Below are positions 46,667 to 57,529 of a stretch of 64,000 nucleotides of DNA, one piece after another. Origin of the DNA: Thecamonas trahens ATCC 50062 (lineage: Eukaryota > Protista > Apusomonadida); NCBI RefSeq assembly GCF_000142905.1, contig NW_013657672.1:142244-206243 (forward strand). The letters are read 5' to 3'. The notes beneath the pieces are model-generated. The model was not told the DNA's origin, did not search any database, and saw nothing but the letters and a program-made list of their open reading frames with translations. Positions within the stretch are counted from its first letter, which is position 1; every line of letters starts with the position of its first letter. Both the position numbers and the translations under genes were made by a program.

Positions 46667-49183
46667 CTACTGCAGCATGTCGCGCAGCTCATCGCCGCCC
46701 AACGAGCGCTGGCGCGAGCCGCCGAACCCAAACAGGCCGCCTTCAGCTGACGCGGACCCCTGCAGCGGCGGCGAACCCAACGATGGCGCCTCGTCAAACC
46801 GCAGCGGCTCCAGCCCCATGTTAAAGGAGAGCTCCGGCAGCCTCCCACCACCCTCACTGCTCGGGCCCTCCCCACCAAACGCCGGTGCGCCCAGCGACGG
46901 GCTGAGCAGCATGCCACTGTACCCAGCCGCTGGCTCGGCCGGCTCCATGCCGGTGTAGAACGGGTTGGAAGCCTCGCCTAGCGGCGAGACCGGGCCCAGA
47001 TCAAGCGGGAAAGAGAACGCCGACTCGCCGCCTCCCTGCCTGCTCTCACTTCCGCCCTCGACGGTCATCTTGAGCCCGGTGGTCACGTAGCCGTCTACAG
47101 CCTGGACTGCCTCATCCGGCGAGTAGTACGCGCCAAATGCCTCGTCGCGGTGCTGAAACGTCGGGTAGAGCAGCGTTAGCTGCTCCGTCTGCCGGATGCG
47201 GTCGGCGAGTGAGATGGTTTCAAACTCGGTCAGCGTCCACGGCTGCAGGTGGACCACTTGCCGCCCGCGCGAGTCGTCCCACACGTACGAGATCGAGAGC
47301 GCACCTAGAAGCGAGTCGGCGAACCGGAGCAGAAACGAGCCGCTTGGATACGCCGAAAGCATGCCGCCCACACCAGACTTGGGCACAAAGCCGGCGACCA
47401 GTGAGTCGGCCCACAGCGCCCGCATGTGCGGTGACGACTCGAGCACCTCGCGCGCTGCAAAGAGCCACGCCCAGAACGAAAAGCCCTTGCCCATGTCGGC
47501 CTTGGCAAACTGCTCAAACGACACAATGTCCGACGAGTCACCCGGCACGCTGCTCACTACCTTGGACCGAAAGTACGCCAACACGTCCGCGCCCAGCTCC
47601 CGACCCGACGCCGCAAACGAGGCTTCCAGTGCCCCAGCCAGCGCCGACCAGAACACCGTTTCTGGCGCCGTAATCGCCTCGAACGAGTCGGCAAACGCCT
47701 CATGCCAGAACATCGTCGCGGCAGCCAGAGCAGCCTGCCGCCGACTCACCGTGAGCGTGATGGGGTTGGAGACAGCAATGAGCGAGTACGTGCCGTGGGC
47801 CAGCCCAGCCTCGCACGACACCGCAAGCCGGTACATACACTCTGCAGAGAGCTTGTCCTTGGTCAGCGACGCATGCCGGATGTCTGCAATACAGAGGCTG
47901 GAAAAGACCGCCACGCATCGCCCGTCGTTCGTAGCCTCGGCCCGCTTGGTCGCGTTGAGCAGCTGCGCCGATGCTGGCTCACCCGTCACTGCATCCAGAA
48001 GTTGGACAGAGACCATCGGGAGCGACACAACGTGGGATGCCCCAATAAGCAGCTCGATGCTCACCCGTGTCCGCACTCGCCGCCGCACCACAGACGGAGG
48101 CTGCTCAACCACAACCCAAGAGCCGAGCACCAGGTTCTCAATCATCGCGTCCGCCGCCGCCGCCAGCGTCTCGGCCTCGGGCACGCTCACTTCCCCGTCG
48201 TCATCGGCGGATGCTGCCGGCGGCAGCTGCTGCCGCAGAAAACGCAGCACCTCGAGCCGTTCACGGAGCGAAAACAGCGCAGCTGCCTGTCGCATCAGGA
48301 GCTGCCGCAGCTCACGCAGCTCCGCTGCTAGTATCTTTTCTGGCACAGCCTTACGGAACTGCTTCTCGCGCCACTCGCCTAGCATCTCGCCTAGCGTTGC
48401 CTGCAGTGTTCGCAGCATGTTGGCCTCGCCAGCCAGCGCGCTCCTCAGCGACCGCCGCATCCCAATCAGCTGCTCCGACTGCTGTGCCAGCGACTGGTAC
48501 AACGCGTGGAGCTGCTGCCGCGCCTGCGGGTTGTTCGGCCCGGAGCCCTGCGCAAGCGCTGCGATTCGGTCTTCGTTCTGTAGATACTGGACTCGAAACT
48601 CTTCCTGCAGCTCCTGGACCGACCGCAGCTCGTCCTCGGACCCGCGGGCCTCGTGCGCCAGCCCATTGTACTGGCGCAGCAGCGGGCCCGCCCGCCCCGA
48701 GACGACGTCTTCACCTTCGCGTGGACTTTGTCCGCCATCTTCCATGGCCTGCGGCGCGCGGGAGCTGGCCCCAACCCCGGCCGACCCGCCACCCACTCCG
48801 CCCTCACCCTCTGCGCCCTCGAGCACGGCGGCCTCGGCCATCATGCACACCCGCAGCGCCTCCAACAGCCGCGCGTCGTTGCCTGCGTACTCCTCGCGGA
48901 GGGTGCGGCCGATCTGGGTCAGCCGATTGAGCTTGAATCTGGCATGCGGCACTGACGCCGCCACCGTCTCCAAATGCTGCAGCACCTCTGTCAGGGCATC
49001 AAACAAGCCCCGCGCCAATGCTGGCGCCTGTTCCGCTCTCACAGGCGTACTCCAGTCTCTGCTTTCGATCCATCCAGCGCAACACGCCCGAACCTCCTAC
49101 ATCCAGCCCCAATTCCACCGCCCATCCCACCGCCCATCGCCACGTCGACACATGAGTCACGACCTTCCACAACCTCTCCGCCT

Positions 49184-49230
<47 letters not shown>

Positions 49231-49341
49231 ACACACACATGTGCAACGCCATACCTTTGGAAAATGAGGGTTTGACTCTGCATACACCGCCACCACCTCG
49301 GGGTTGTCTTGGATGTATGACCAGAGAGTCTCTCCGTCCAT
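46667..49341 (-). CDS. STAT: STAT transcription factor (N-domain, coiled coil, DNA-binding, linker, SH2, pTyr tail); exon 1 at 49341-49255, intron 49097-49254
   Basis: Spliced HFPK|EVRACCAGWIESRDW; VVVEQPP; ATMFWHEAF; GFSFWAWL; SH2 GSFLLRFADSLLGALSISYV; AVDGYV. Confidence 0.93.
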
Positions 49342-49357
49342 ATCGGGCAGTGTGTGT

Positions 49358-49887
49358 NNNNNNNNNNNNNNNNNNNNNNNNNNNNNNNNNNNNNNNNNNN
49401 NNNNNNNNNNNNNNNNNNNNNNNNNNNNNNNNNNNNNNNNNNNNNNNNNNNNNNNNNNNNNNNNNNNNNNNNNNNNNNNNNNNNNNNNNNNNNNNNNNNN
49501 NNNNNNNNNNNNNNNNNNNNNNNNNNNNNNNNNNNNNNNNNNNNNNNNNNNNNNNNNNNNNNNNNNNNNNNNNNNNNNNNNNNNNNNNNNNNNNNNNNNN
49601 NNNNNNNNNNNNNNNNNNNNNNNNNNNNNNNNNNNNNNNNNNNNNNNNNNNNNNNNNNNNNNNNNNNNNNNNNNNNNNNNNNNNNNNNNNNNNNNNNNNN
49701 NNNNNNNNNNNNNNNNNNNNNNNNNNNNNNNNNNNNNNNNNNNNNNNNNNNNNNNNNNNNNNNNNNNNNNNNNNNNNNNNNNNNNNNNNNNNNNNNNNNN
49801 NNNNNNNNNNNNNNNNNNNNNNNNNNNNNNNNNNNNNNNNNNNNNNNNNNNNNNNNNNNNNNNNNNNNNNNNNNNNNNNNNNNNNNN
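49358..49887. other. Assembly gap
   Basis: Run of N. Confidence 1.
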
Positions 49888-50043
49888 GTCAATCACATGC
49901 AAATGGCATGGTCAACCACCGACTGACCCCCCAGCCGCCACCACCGGCTAGCACGAGCACGCTGCACCGACCACGCAGCGCACACACGTCTCTCTCTCTC
50001 TCACACACACATACATCGACTTGAAAAACTCAAGTGACGAGAG

Positions 50044-53000
50044 ATGAGTGAGTCAACATGGTTCTCGTCGGTGGAGGACCTCTCCTCCTCAACTGCCGCT
50101 TCTGCTTGCCGGTCGTATGAGTCGTCGTCGAGTGCGGACCAAAGAGCGGAGGACAACAAGCTGGTGGTGGCGGACCCGGGCACGCGCGGCAGCACTGGTG
50201 CGGAAGCCGAGGAAGGAGACGCACTGTCTCATGTTGAGACGCATACTGCACATGCTGGTTCCCAGTCACCTGAACAGAGCAACGAGTCCTATGCAGAGCA
50301 TGACAGCGGCTCTCTGGGCCTGCGGGTGGAGACCGACTCAGCGGCTGCCACTCCGTTTGGGACGCCAACTCCGGGCGACCGTCGTACGCTCGCGGACGCT
50401 GGTTCCAGCTCATCGTCAGCGCCTGCTCCGGCACCTGCGAGCCCGCCTCTGTCCAAGGGCGAGAAGCGGCGCGAGCGGAAGAAACGCAAGGCGGAGCGGA
50501 CTAAGCAGAAGCGGACAAGGGAGCGCGAGGCGCGCAAGACGGAGACGGCGGACGCGTCGGCGGCGGCTGTCGCACGTGCGGACGCTATCGCTGCCGCTGC
50601 GTCCAACGCACCCGTGGCCAAGGCTTCGATTATTTCGCTCATGACCTATGGATGGGCTTCGGCGCTGATGCGGGCCGGTGCGCGGGCGGCGCTTGAGTTT
50701 GACGATCTCTGGGCTACCGCGCCCGAGGACCTCGGTGCTACTGGTGTCGAGGCCTACCGTGCCACCCGGGCCGAGTTTCCGGACGAGACGGTCCGGTCAA
50801 CTTTTGTACGCACCTTTGTGCCGCAGCTGCGGATTCTGATTGGCCTGGTTCTTCTGTGGGTCACGGCCATGATGTCTTACACGGTCTTTGTCTTCCGCGA
50901 GCTGATGGATTTCCTGGCCTCGGACGATCCGGTCTACCTCGGCATTGTGCTTGCAGTGCTCATGCTCATTCTCACCTTTGTGCGCTCTGTTGCTGTCCAT
51001 CTCATCTTTTTCACCTCGATCCGGGTCGGCGTGCGGGCCAAGTCGGCGCTGTCTCTCATTGTGTTCGAAAAAGTGCTCCGCGCCGGCGCCGGCACTTCCT
51101 CGGTGGGTTCGGTCGTCAATCTTGTATCTGCCGATGCACACTCGATCCTGATGGCCTTTGGCTTTGCCGTTTGGCTTGTCGCTGGGCCTGTCCTCCTCAC
51201 GCTCGCGCTCATCTTTCTCATTGTCGAGGTTGGGCCTGCCGCTCTGCCGGGCTTTGCGCTCATGCTCGCCATCATGCCGCTGCAGATGTTTGCCGCCAAA
51301 AAGATCGGCGAGCTCCGGCACGCCGCACTCGCTGTCACTGACAACCGGACCCGGCTCATGTCTGAGATTCTGGCGTCGATCAAAGTCATCAAGCTCTACG
51401 CCTGGGAGTCATCGTTTGCCGATAAGATTGCCGCTGTCCGTGACGCTGAGATGACTCAACTGCGCAAGTCGGCGCTGGTCAAGAAGTTCAACCTCATGCT
51501 CTCGTTCTCGTTCCCGGTCCTCGTTGCCTTTGTCGTCTTTGCCATTTACACCTCGACGGGCAACAGGCTGACGGCGTCCAAAGTCTTTGTCGTCCTCTCC
51601 ATTGTCAACATCTGCCGCTTCCCGCTCATTGTCCTGCCCATGGCCATCAAGTTTACCACAGAGGCCTGGGTTGGCTTCAATCGCCTTGCCGCCTTTCTTG
51701 ACTCGCCGGACCTCCCGGTCCGCTCTTCCACCCCGAGCTCCACCCCCAGCATTACCATCGACAACGCGTCGTTTACGTGGCCGGCCGCCGGCAGTGATGA
51801 GCCGGATCCGGGGGCCAAAGCCCGCGTCACTCTTAAGAACATCGCCTTTGAGGCTGCAGGTGTTGATAAGGTCGCTATTGTCGGACCTGTTGGCTCCGGC
51901 AAGTCGTCGCTCCTCGCCGCCATCCTGGCCGACATCCCGCTTGCCTCGGGCGCGGCGCACGAGTCTGCGGTCCGTGTGGAGGGCACCACAGCGCTTGTGA
52001 CTCAACAGCCGTGGGTGCCAAACGCCTCGCTCCGCGACAACATCACCTTTGGCCTGCCGTTTGACGAGGACAAGTATCAGAGCGTCATCGACGCCACCGC
52101 GCTCCAGCCGGACATCGACCTGCTCCCTGCAGGCGACGGGACTGAGATCGGCGAGCGCGGCATCAACCTCTCGGGCGGGCAGAAGCAGCGGGTTGCACTT
52201 GCGCGTGCGCTCTACGCCGAGCGCAACATCTACCTGCTCGACGACCCGCTCTCGGCTGTCGACGCCCATGTCGGCAAGCATATTTTCAACGAGTTTGTCA
52301 TGGGCGCGCTCAGCGACGCGCTTGTGGTCATGGTCACCAACCAGGTGCAGTACCTCAAGGACTTTGACTACATCTATGTGCTCGCCAACGGCTCGGTTAT
52401 CGAGTCGGGCTCGTACGACGAGCTGATGGCGGCGCAGGGTACGCTTGCTGAGCTTATGGAGAGCTTCCTGGTCTCCGAGGCGCCGGCACCCGCGCTCGAC
52501 TCGCTGGACGACTCTCCAACGCCACTGCACCACTTGTCGCTGCCGACGCCGGCGGCTGTCTCGGCGTCACGGACTGTTGACTCGCTGCAGTTCTCGCACA
52601 CCGACCTCGGATCGGTGCACGAGTTTGGCACGTCCGAGGTTGTTGATCCGGCCGACGGGCGGCTCATCGAGGCCGAGGAGCGGGCCGAGGGCTCGGTCGG
52701 GTGGAAGGTGTACAAGACGTACGGCGAGGCTGCCGGCTCTCCGTGGGTCATTGCCTACGTGCTCGGCCTGTTCTCCGCTGTCCAGACCGCGCGCATTTCG
52801 TCCGACTGGTGGCTCTCGTACTGGATCTCGCAGGACAACGGGCGGGTGGACAAGCTCGACTGGCATCTTGGATGGTACGGGTTCTTTGTCCTACTGCTCA
52901 TTGTGTTTTGATTGCGCGCGACGTGGCGTGGACGTACTACACGCTCTTGGCTGCGACGACGCTGCACAACACCACGTTTGCGCGGGTGTTGCGGGCACCG

Positions 53001-54704
53001 ATGGCGTTCTTTGACACCAACCCGCTCGGGCGCATCCTCAATCGGTTCACCAAGGACCAGTCGATTCTGGACAACGAGCTCTCGTTTACGCTCTACCAGT
53101 CGCTGCAGTGGGGCGTTTATTCACTCTTCGCCAGCATTCTCATTTGCTTTGTGCTCCCGTTCTTCATTCCGTTCCTCATCGTCTTTGGCTACATCTTTTA
53201 CCGCATCCAGGTCTTCTACCGCAAGACCTCGCGCGAAGTCAAGCGGCTGGAGAACACATGCCGATCGCCGCTGTTCTCGCATGTGGCGTCGACCTTGACG
53301 GGCATCTCGACGGTGCGTGCTTACGCGGCCGAGGCACGTTTCTCGGCCAACCACACGGTCAACGTCGACACCCATCAGCGCGCGCTCTTTGCCTCGCTCA
53401 TGGCGCAGCGATGGGTTGGCTTCCGGCTCGATCTCATTGCGACGGCCATCACGTTCCTGGCAGCGCTCTTTGCGGTTCTCTCGCGCTCGTGGGTCTCGCC
53501 CTCCTTTGCCGGCCTTGCTATTGTGTACGCCATGCAGCTCTCGGGCATGTTCCAGTGGTTTGCGCGAGTGACGGCTGAGGCCGAGGCCAACATGACGTCT
53601 GTGGAGCGGCTGGCACACTATTCGTCGGCCATCGCCGTCGAGGCGCCTGCGGTGATTGAGGCGACCCGGCCGGATCCGTCGTGGCCGCCGTCGGGAACCG
53701 TTGTCTTTTCGGACGTCCGCATGTCGTACCGGCCAGACCTTCCACTCGTTCTCCGCGGCGTTTCGGTTGTCATCGAGGGCGGCGAGTCGGTCGGAATTGT
53801 GGGCCGGACCGGGGCTGGCAAGTCCTCGCTCGCAGTTGCGCTCTACCGGCTGGTGGAGCTGACCGGCGGCTCGATCGTCATCGACGACGTCGACATCTCC
53901 GCCATCGGCCTGGATCAGCTCCGGTCGAAGCTCTCGATCATTCCGCAGGATCCGATCCTGTTCCAGGGCACGGTGCGGTCGAATCTGGACCCGTTCGACG
54001 AGCACACCGACGATGCGCTGTGGAACGCGCTGCGGCGGGCGCACGTCGCCGACGCCATCCGCGGCCTCGAGCTCTCGCTCAGCGCGCCTGTCGATCCCAA
54101 CGGCGCCAACTTCTCGGTCGGCCAGCGGCAGCTGCTGTGCATGGCGCGCGCGCTGCTGCGGTCGTCCAAGATCCTAATCATGGACGAGGCGACGGCAACC
54201 GTCGACGTCGAGACTGACGCGCTCATCCAGGAAACCATCCGGTCCGAGTTCCGCGGCTGCACGGTGCTGGTCATTGCGCATCGGCTGGAGACCATCATCG
54301 ACGCCGACAAGATCATGGTCCTTGACCAGGGTCGTGTGGCGCAGTACGACTCACCTCATGCCCTGCTCACCTCGGACGAAGGCCTCTTCTCATGGCTCGT
54401 CAACCAGACCGGTGAAGCCAATGCCGCCCACCTCCGGCGCAAGGCATCTGCTGCTTTCCGGGGCAAGGCTCTCGCCCGGCCGTCGGCATCCGACTCGTCG
54501 GCTCCTCCATCCACCTCGGCCTCGGCCTCGGTCTCCAAGTCCAAGTCCAAGTCCAAGTCCAAGTCCAAGTCCAAGTCCAAGTCCCAGTCCAAGTCGAAGG
54601 ACAAGTCCAAGTCCAAGTCCAGGAAAAAGTCCACGTCTGAGGTCAATGCCAAGTCCAAGACAAAGGTGAGGAAGACCAAGCGGATTCGGCGTTCGCAGCT
54701 CTAG
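50044..54704 (+). CDS. ABCC/MRP-type full ABC transporter (short form, no TMD0); 1-nt frame break at ~52905-52910
   Basis: NBD1 GPVGSGKS, GERGINLSGGQKQR, LLDDPLSAVD; FFDTNPLGRILNRF; NBD2 GRTGAGKS, FSVGQRQL, MDEATA, IAHRL. Confidence 0.93.
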
Positions 54705-54918
54705 CGATTCGGCGTTCGCAGCTCTAGCATCCGTTCGCTAGCCTCTACCATCATGCCCGATCTAGGCGCGATTGCGTAAACAACAACATCCGCCTCCCCT
54801 CCCCCCCCTCCCCTCCCCCTCTTTCCTCCCCCTTGCTCGTCTCAAGAATAGCTTGACTCGACACTCGACTACTACCGACACAGGCAAAGGCAGTGACGGC
54901 TTGAAGCTGCGCTGCCCG

Positions 54919-54985
54919 CCCGTCGCCCGTCGCCCGTCGCCCGTCGCCCGTCGCCCGTCGCCCGTCGCCCGTCGCCCGTCGCCCG
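54919..54985 (+). repeat. 7-bp tandem repeat (cccgtcg), ~9 copies
   Basis: Directly visible. Confidence 0.9.
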
Positions 54986-55326
54986 CCCGCGCCCCTGTCT
55001 GCCTCGCCATCCCGCGCTGGCGGCCCCTCCCCCTCTCCCCACAACATGTGTTCGTAAGCGGACTTCATACCCATATAACTGGAATGTCGTACATTATGCC
55101 TATAAACCGCGCCGTACCTTGAATTTGTGGCTGTGAACATGCGCCTCAACTGGCGCCTAAAGTCAGATCAGTGTTTGAGGTAATGGTGGGCTGACCGCCA
55201 GATATGCGGCGGTGCCTGAGGGTGGACTTTCGTGAAGGGAACTCCGAGAACGGACTAGTGCCAAAAAAATCATCTAAACATCGAGCTTCGCTGCATAGCG
55301 TCGACGGCCGAGAACAAAGAGGAGTC

Positions 55327-55426
55327 NNNNNNNNNNNNNNNNNNNNNNNNNNNNNNNNNNNNNNNNNNNNNNNNNNNNNNNNNNNNNNNNNNNNNNNNNN
55401 NNNNNNNNNNNNNNNNNNNNNNNNNN
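55327..55426. other. Assembly gap (100 N)
   Basis: Run of N. Confidence 1.
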
Positions 55427-55458
55427 ACCCCCCCCCCCCTACACATACACACCTCATC

Positions 55459-57462
55459 ATGAGCGGACGGAAGCCGAGCTTGGACAAGGCACTGGAGGTG
55501 CGGCAGCAGTACCTCGACTACCACGCGCCGTCTCTGGCGTATGCCTGCCTGGGCCTTGCCGGGAGCGGGATAGGGATCATTGCCTGGCCACTGGCGGCAG
55601 AAGCACCGTTTGCTTCCATCACGGCAGCCACGGGATTGCCAGCGGTGGTCTTCTCGCGGCTTGTCATGGCTCTGGGCTTTGTTCTTGTTCTGGCCGCCAT
55701 TCCCTACGCTGCCCGCTTCTTCAGCAAGCCGCTGGCCCTGCCCAACTTGACTCCGTCGCAGCGGCGGCTGGCTGGCTTGCCAGCCGACACCTCGACTGAG
55801 GTCCTCCATGCTGCGCATGAGCATCCGCTGGTCATCTCGGACCCTGGCGTCTTGTTTGATGGAAAGCTCTCGTGGAGCTGCTCTTACTGCCGGACGCGCT
55901 ACACCTCGGAGGCCTGGCTCTACCGCTGCGTCGATGACTGCGACTGGGTCATGTGCGAGCACTGCGCCTCATCAGATCTCCGCTCGGGCCTCTCCATGGG
56001 CCGCGATCACCGCCCGATCCAGATCGAGAGTCTGATGGCCAGCAACGGGCCTGTGGCTGGGTCCCCGTACGGCTCGCCGTACGCGACCCCGTTTGCGTCC
56101 CCGTACGCCTCGCCGCACGGGTCGCCGCACGGGTACATGTCGCCGGTCTCGCCCTCGCACACTGGCGGCTCTATGGCGGCGCCCCAGGCCTCACTCCTCT
56201 CGCCGGCCCAGGGTCGCCCGCTTTGGGGCTCGCCGGCTCACTACGGGACGCCGACCGAGTCGCGCGTCATATCGTCACCGCGCGAGCTCGACGCGTTTCT
56301 GAACCAGGCTGAAGCGAGTCGGATGTACGGTGGCGGCGTGTACGGAGTGGGCGACGGCAGCATGCGTGATGGTGGGAGTGTCGGGCTGGTGGCGCCGATG
56401 AACATTAGCATGGGCGCGGCCGGCGACACATCGTTCTCGTTCAAGTACAAGAACGCGGTCCGGGCAAGCTCATACGTCGGGTACGGGTCGCCGGGCGCGC
56501 TCCGCGGGACAGCCGCAGCGTCCAAAGGTGCGAGCAAGGCTGCTGCATCGCCGTTTGGCAACGAGAACCGCGAGGCATCCAAGTTTGTGCTCCGCAAGGT
56601 GCTGCGCATCGAGCCGTACATGGAGGAGTGGACGGAGAACGTGCGCAAGTGGCTAGTGGCTGCGGTCCTCCGGCGAGTCTCTGCCGCCATTGATAAGTCG
56701 TGGCACCTGCGCGGGACGCTCAAGCCCGAGGGGGCGGCGGCGCAGTCTGGGGCAACAGCCTCATCGTCGGCGCTGTATGGCGCCAAGAAGACCGGAGGCT
56801 TCTCGTTTGGCGGCAGCAAATTGGGAGCCAAAAAGCCTGGCGGGTTTGCGTTCGGCAAGTCTGGCGGCGGGTTCAAGACGAATAAGCCGGCCGAGCTGAG
56901 CGAAGCCGACAAGGCGGCGCGGGCCGAGTCGCGGTTGCGGCGGCAAATCCAGAAGATCAAGACGTACCTCAACGTACTGGGCTCGTCGTCGGAGGACTAC
57001 GTCATCCACCGCCTCCGGCAGCTGGTGTCGGGCTCGGTGCTTGCGGCGTTCTCGTGGTCGTCGGGCGGCGAGTGGAAGGGCCGCCCGTGGACGCCGGAGC
57101 TTCCAACCGACTCCCAGATTGTGATGCACATGTTTGTGACGTTTATGGACCAAAACATGCCGGCCTTTGACGAGACCTCACAGACGCCGTTTACCTCGCG
57201 CCACTTTGTGCCGGTCTCGGGTGAGACCGACACCACCAAGTCGTCGGACGTCAAGATTGTGCAGTGCTCGGTCCATCCGCCGCACTTTCGGGTTGTTACC
57301 AAGGTTGGAACGTGGGAGGTGCTGCACGGGCGCAATAACCTGTTCCACAATCTCATTCTCTTCGCGTACTACGTCAAGATGCACAAGAACGGATTCCTCC
57401 ACCAGGTTGATCTCTCTGGCGACGCCATCGGCCTGCTCAAGGTCATTGACATGTACATGTGA
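55459..57462 (+). CDS. TMEM209: TMEM209/NET31-like nuclear envelope protein with an inserted Cys/His zinc finger and an FG-rich segment
   Basis: Two N-terminal TM segments; LTPSQRRLAGL; WTENVRKWL; YVIHRLRQL; GGEWKGRPWTPELPTDSQIVMHMF; PPHF; GRNNLFH. Confidence 0.85.
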   Translation: MSGRKPSLDKALEVRQQYLDYHAPSLAYACLGLAGSGIGIIAWPLAAEAPFASITAATGLPAVVFSRLVMALGFVLVLAAIPYAARFFSKPLALPNLTPSQRRLAGLPADTSTEVLHAAHEHPLVISDPGVLFDGKLSWSCSYCRTRYTSEAWLYRCVDDCDWVMCEHCASSDLRSGLSMGRDHRPIQIESLMASNGPVAGSPYGSPYATPFASPYASPHGSPHGYMSPVSPSHTGGSMAAPQASLLSPAQGRPLWGSPAHYGTPTESRVISSPRELDAFLNQAEASRMYGGGVYGVGDGSMRDGGSVGLVAPMNISMGAAGDTSFSFKYKNAVRASSYVGYGSPGALRGTAAASKGASKAAASPFGNENREASKFVLRKVLRIEPYMEEWTENVRKWLVAAVLRRVSAAIDKSWHLRGTLKPEGAAAQSGATASSSALYGAKKTGGFSFGGSKLGAKKPGGFAFGKSGGGFKTNKPAELSEADKAARAESRLRRQIQKIKTYLNVLGSSSEDYVIHRLRQLVSGSVLAAFSWSSGGEWKGRPWTPELPTDSQIVMHMFVTFMDQNMPAFDETSQTPFTSRHFVPVSGETDTTKSSDVKIVQCSVHPPHFRVVTKVGTWEVLHGRNNLFHNLILFAYYVKMHKNGFLHQVDLSGDAIGLLKVIDMYM

Positions 57463-57529
57463 GGCGGCGTGCTGCTCCTCGGCAATGCTGCCGCGTGCTT
57501 ATGAGTTAATCTTCCGCGCCGCGGCAACG

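Noticed and set aside
6180-52915. Programmed frameshifting or pseudogenes at ~6190, ~43731, ~45640 and ~52908
   Set aside because: Each is a single-base indel in an otherwise intact gene with no shared slippery motif. Draft-assembly error is the simplest explanation; raw reads would settle it.
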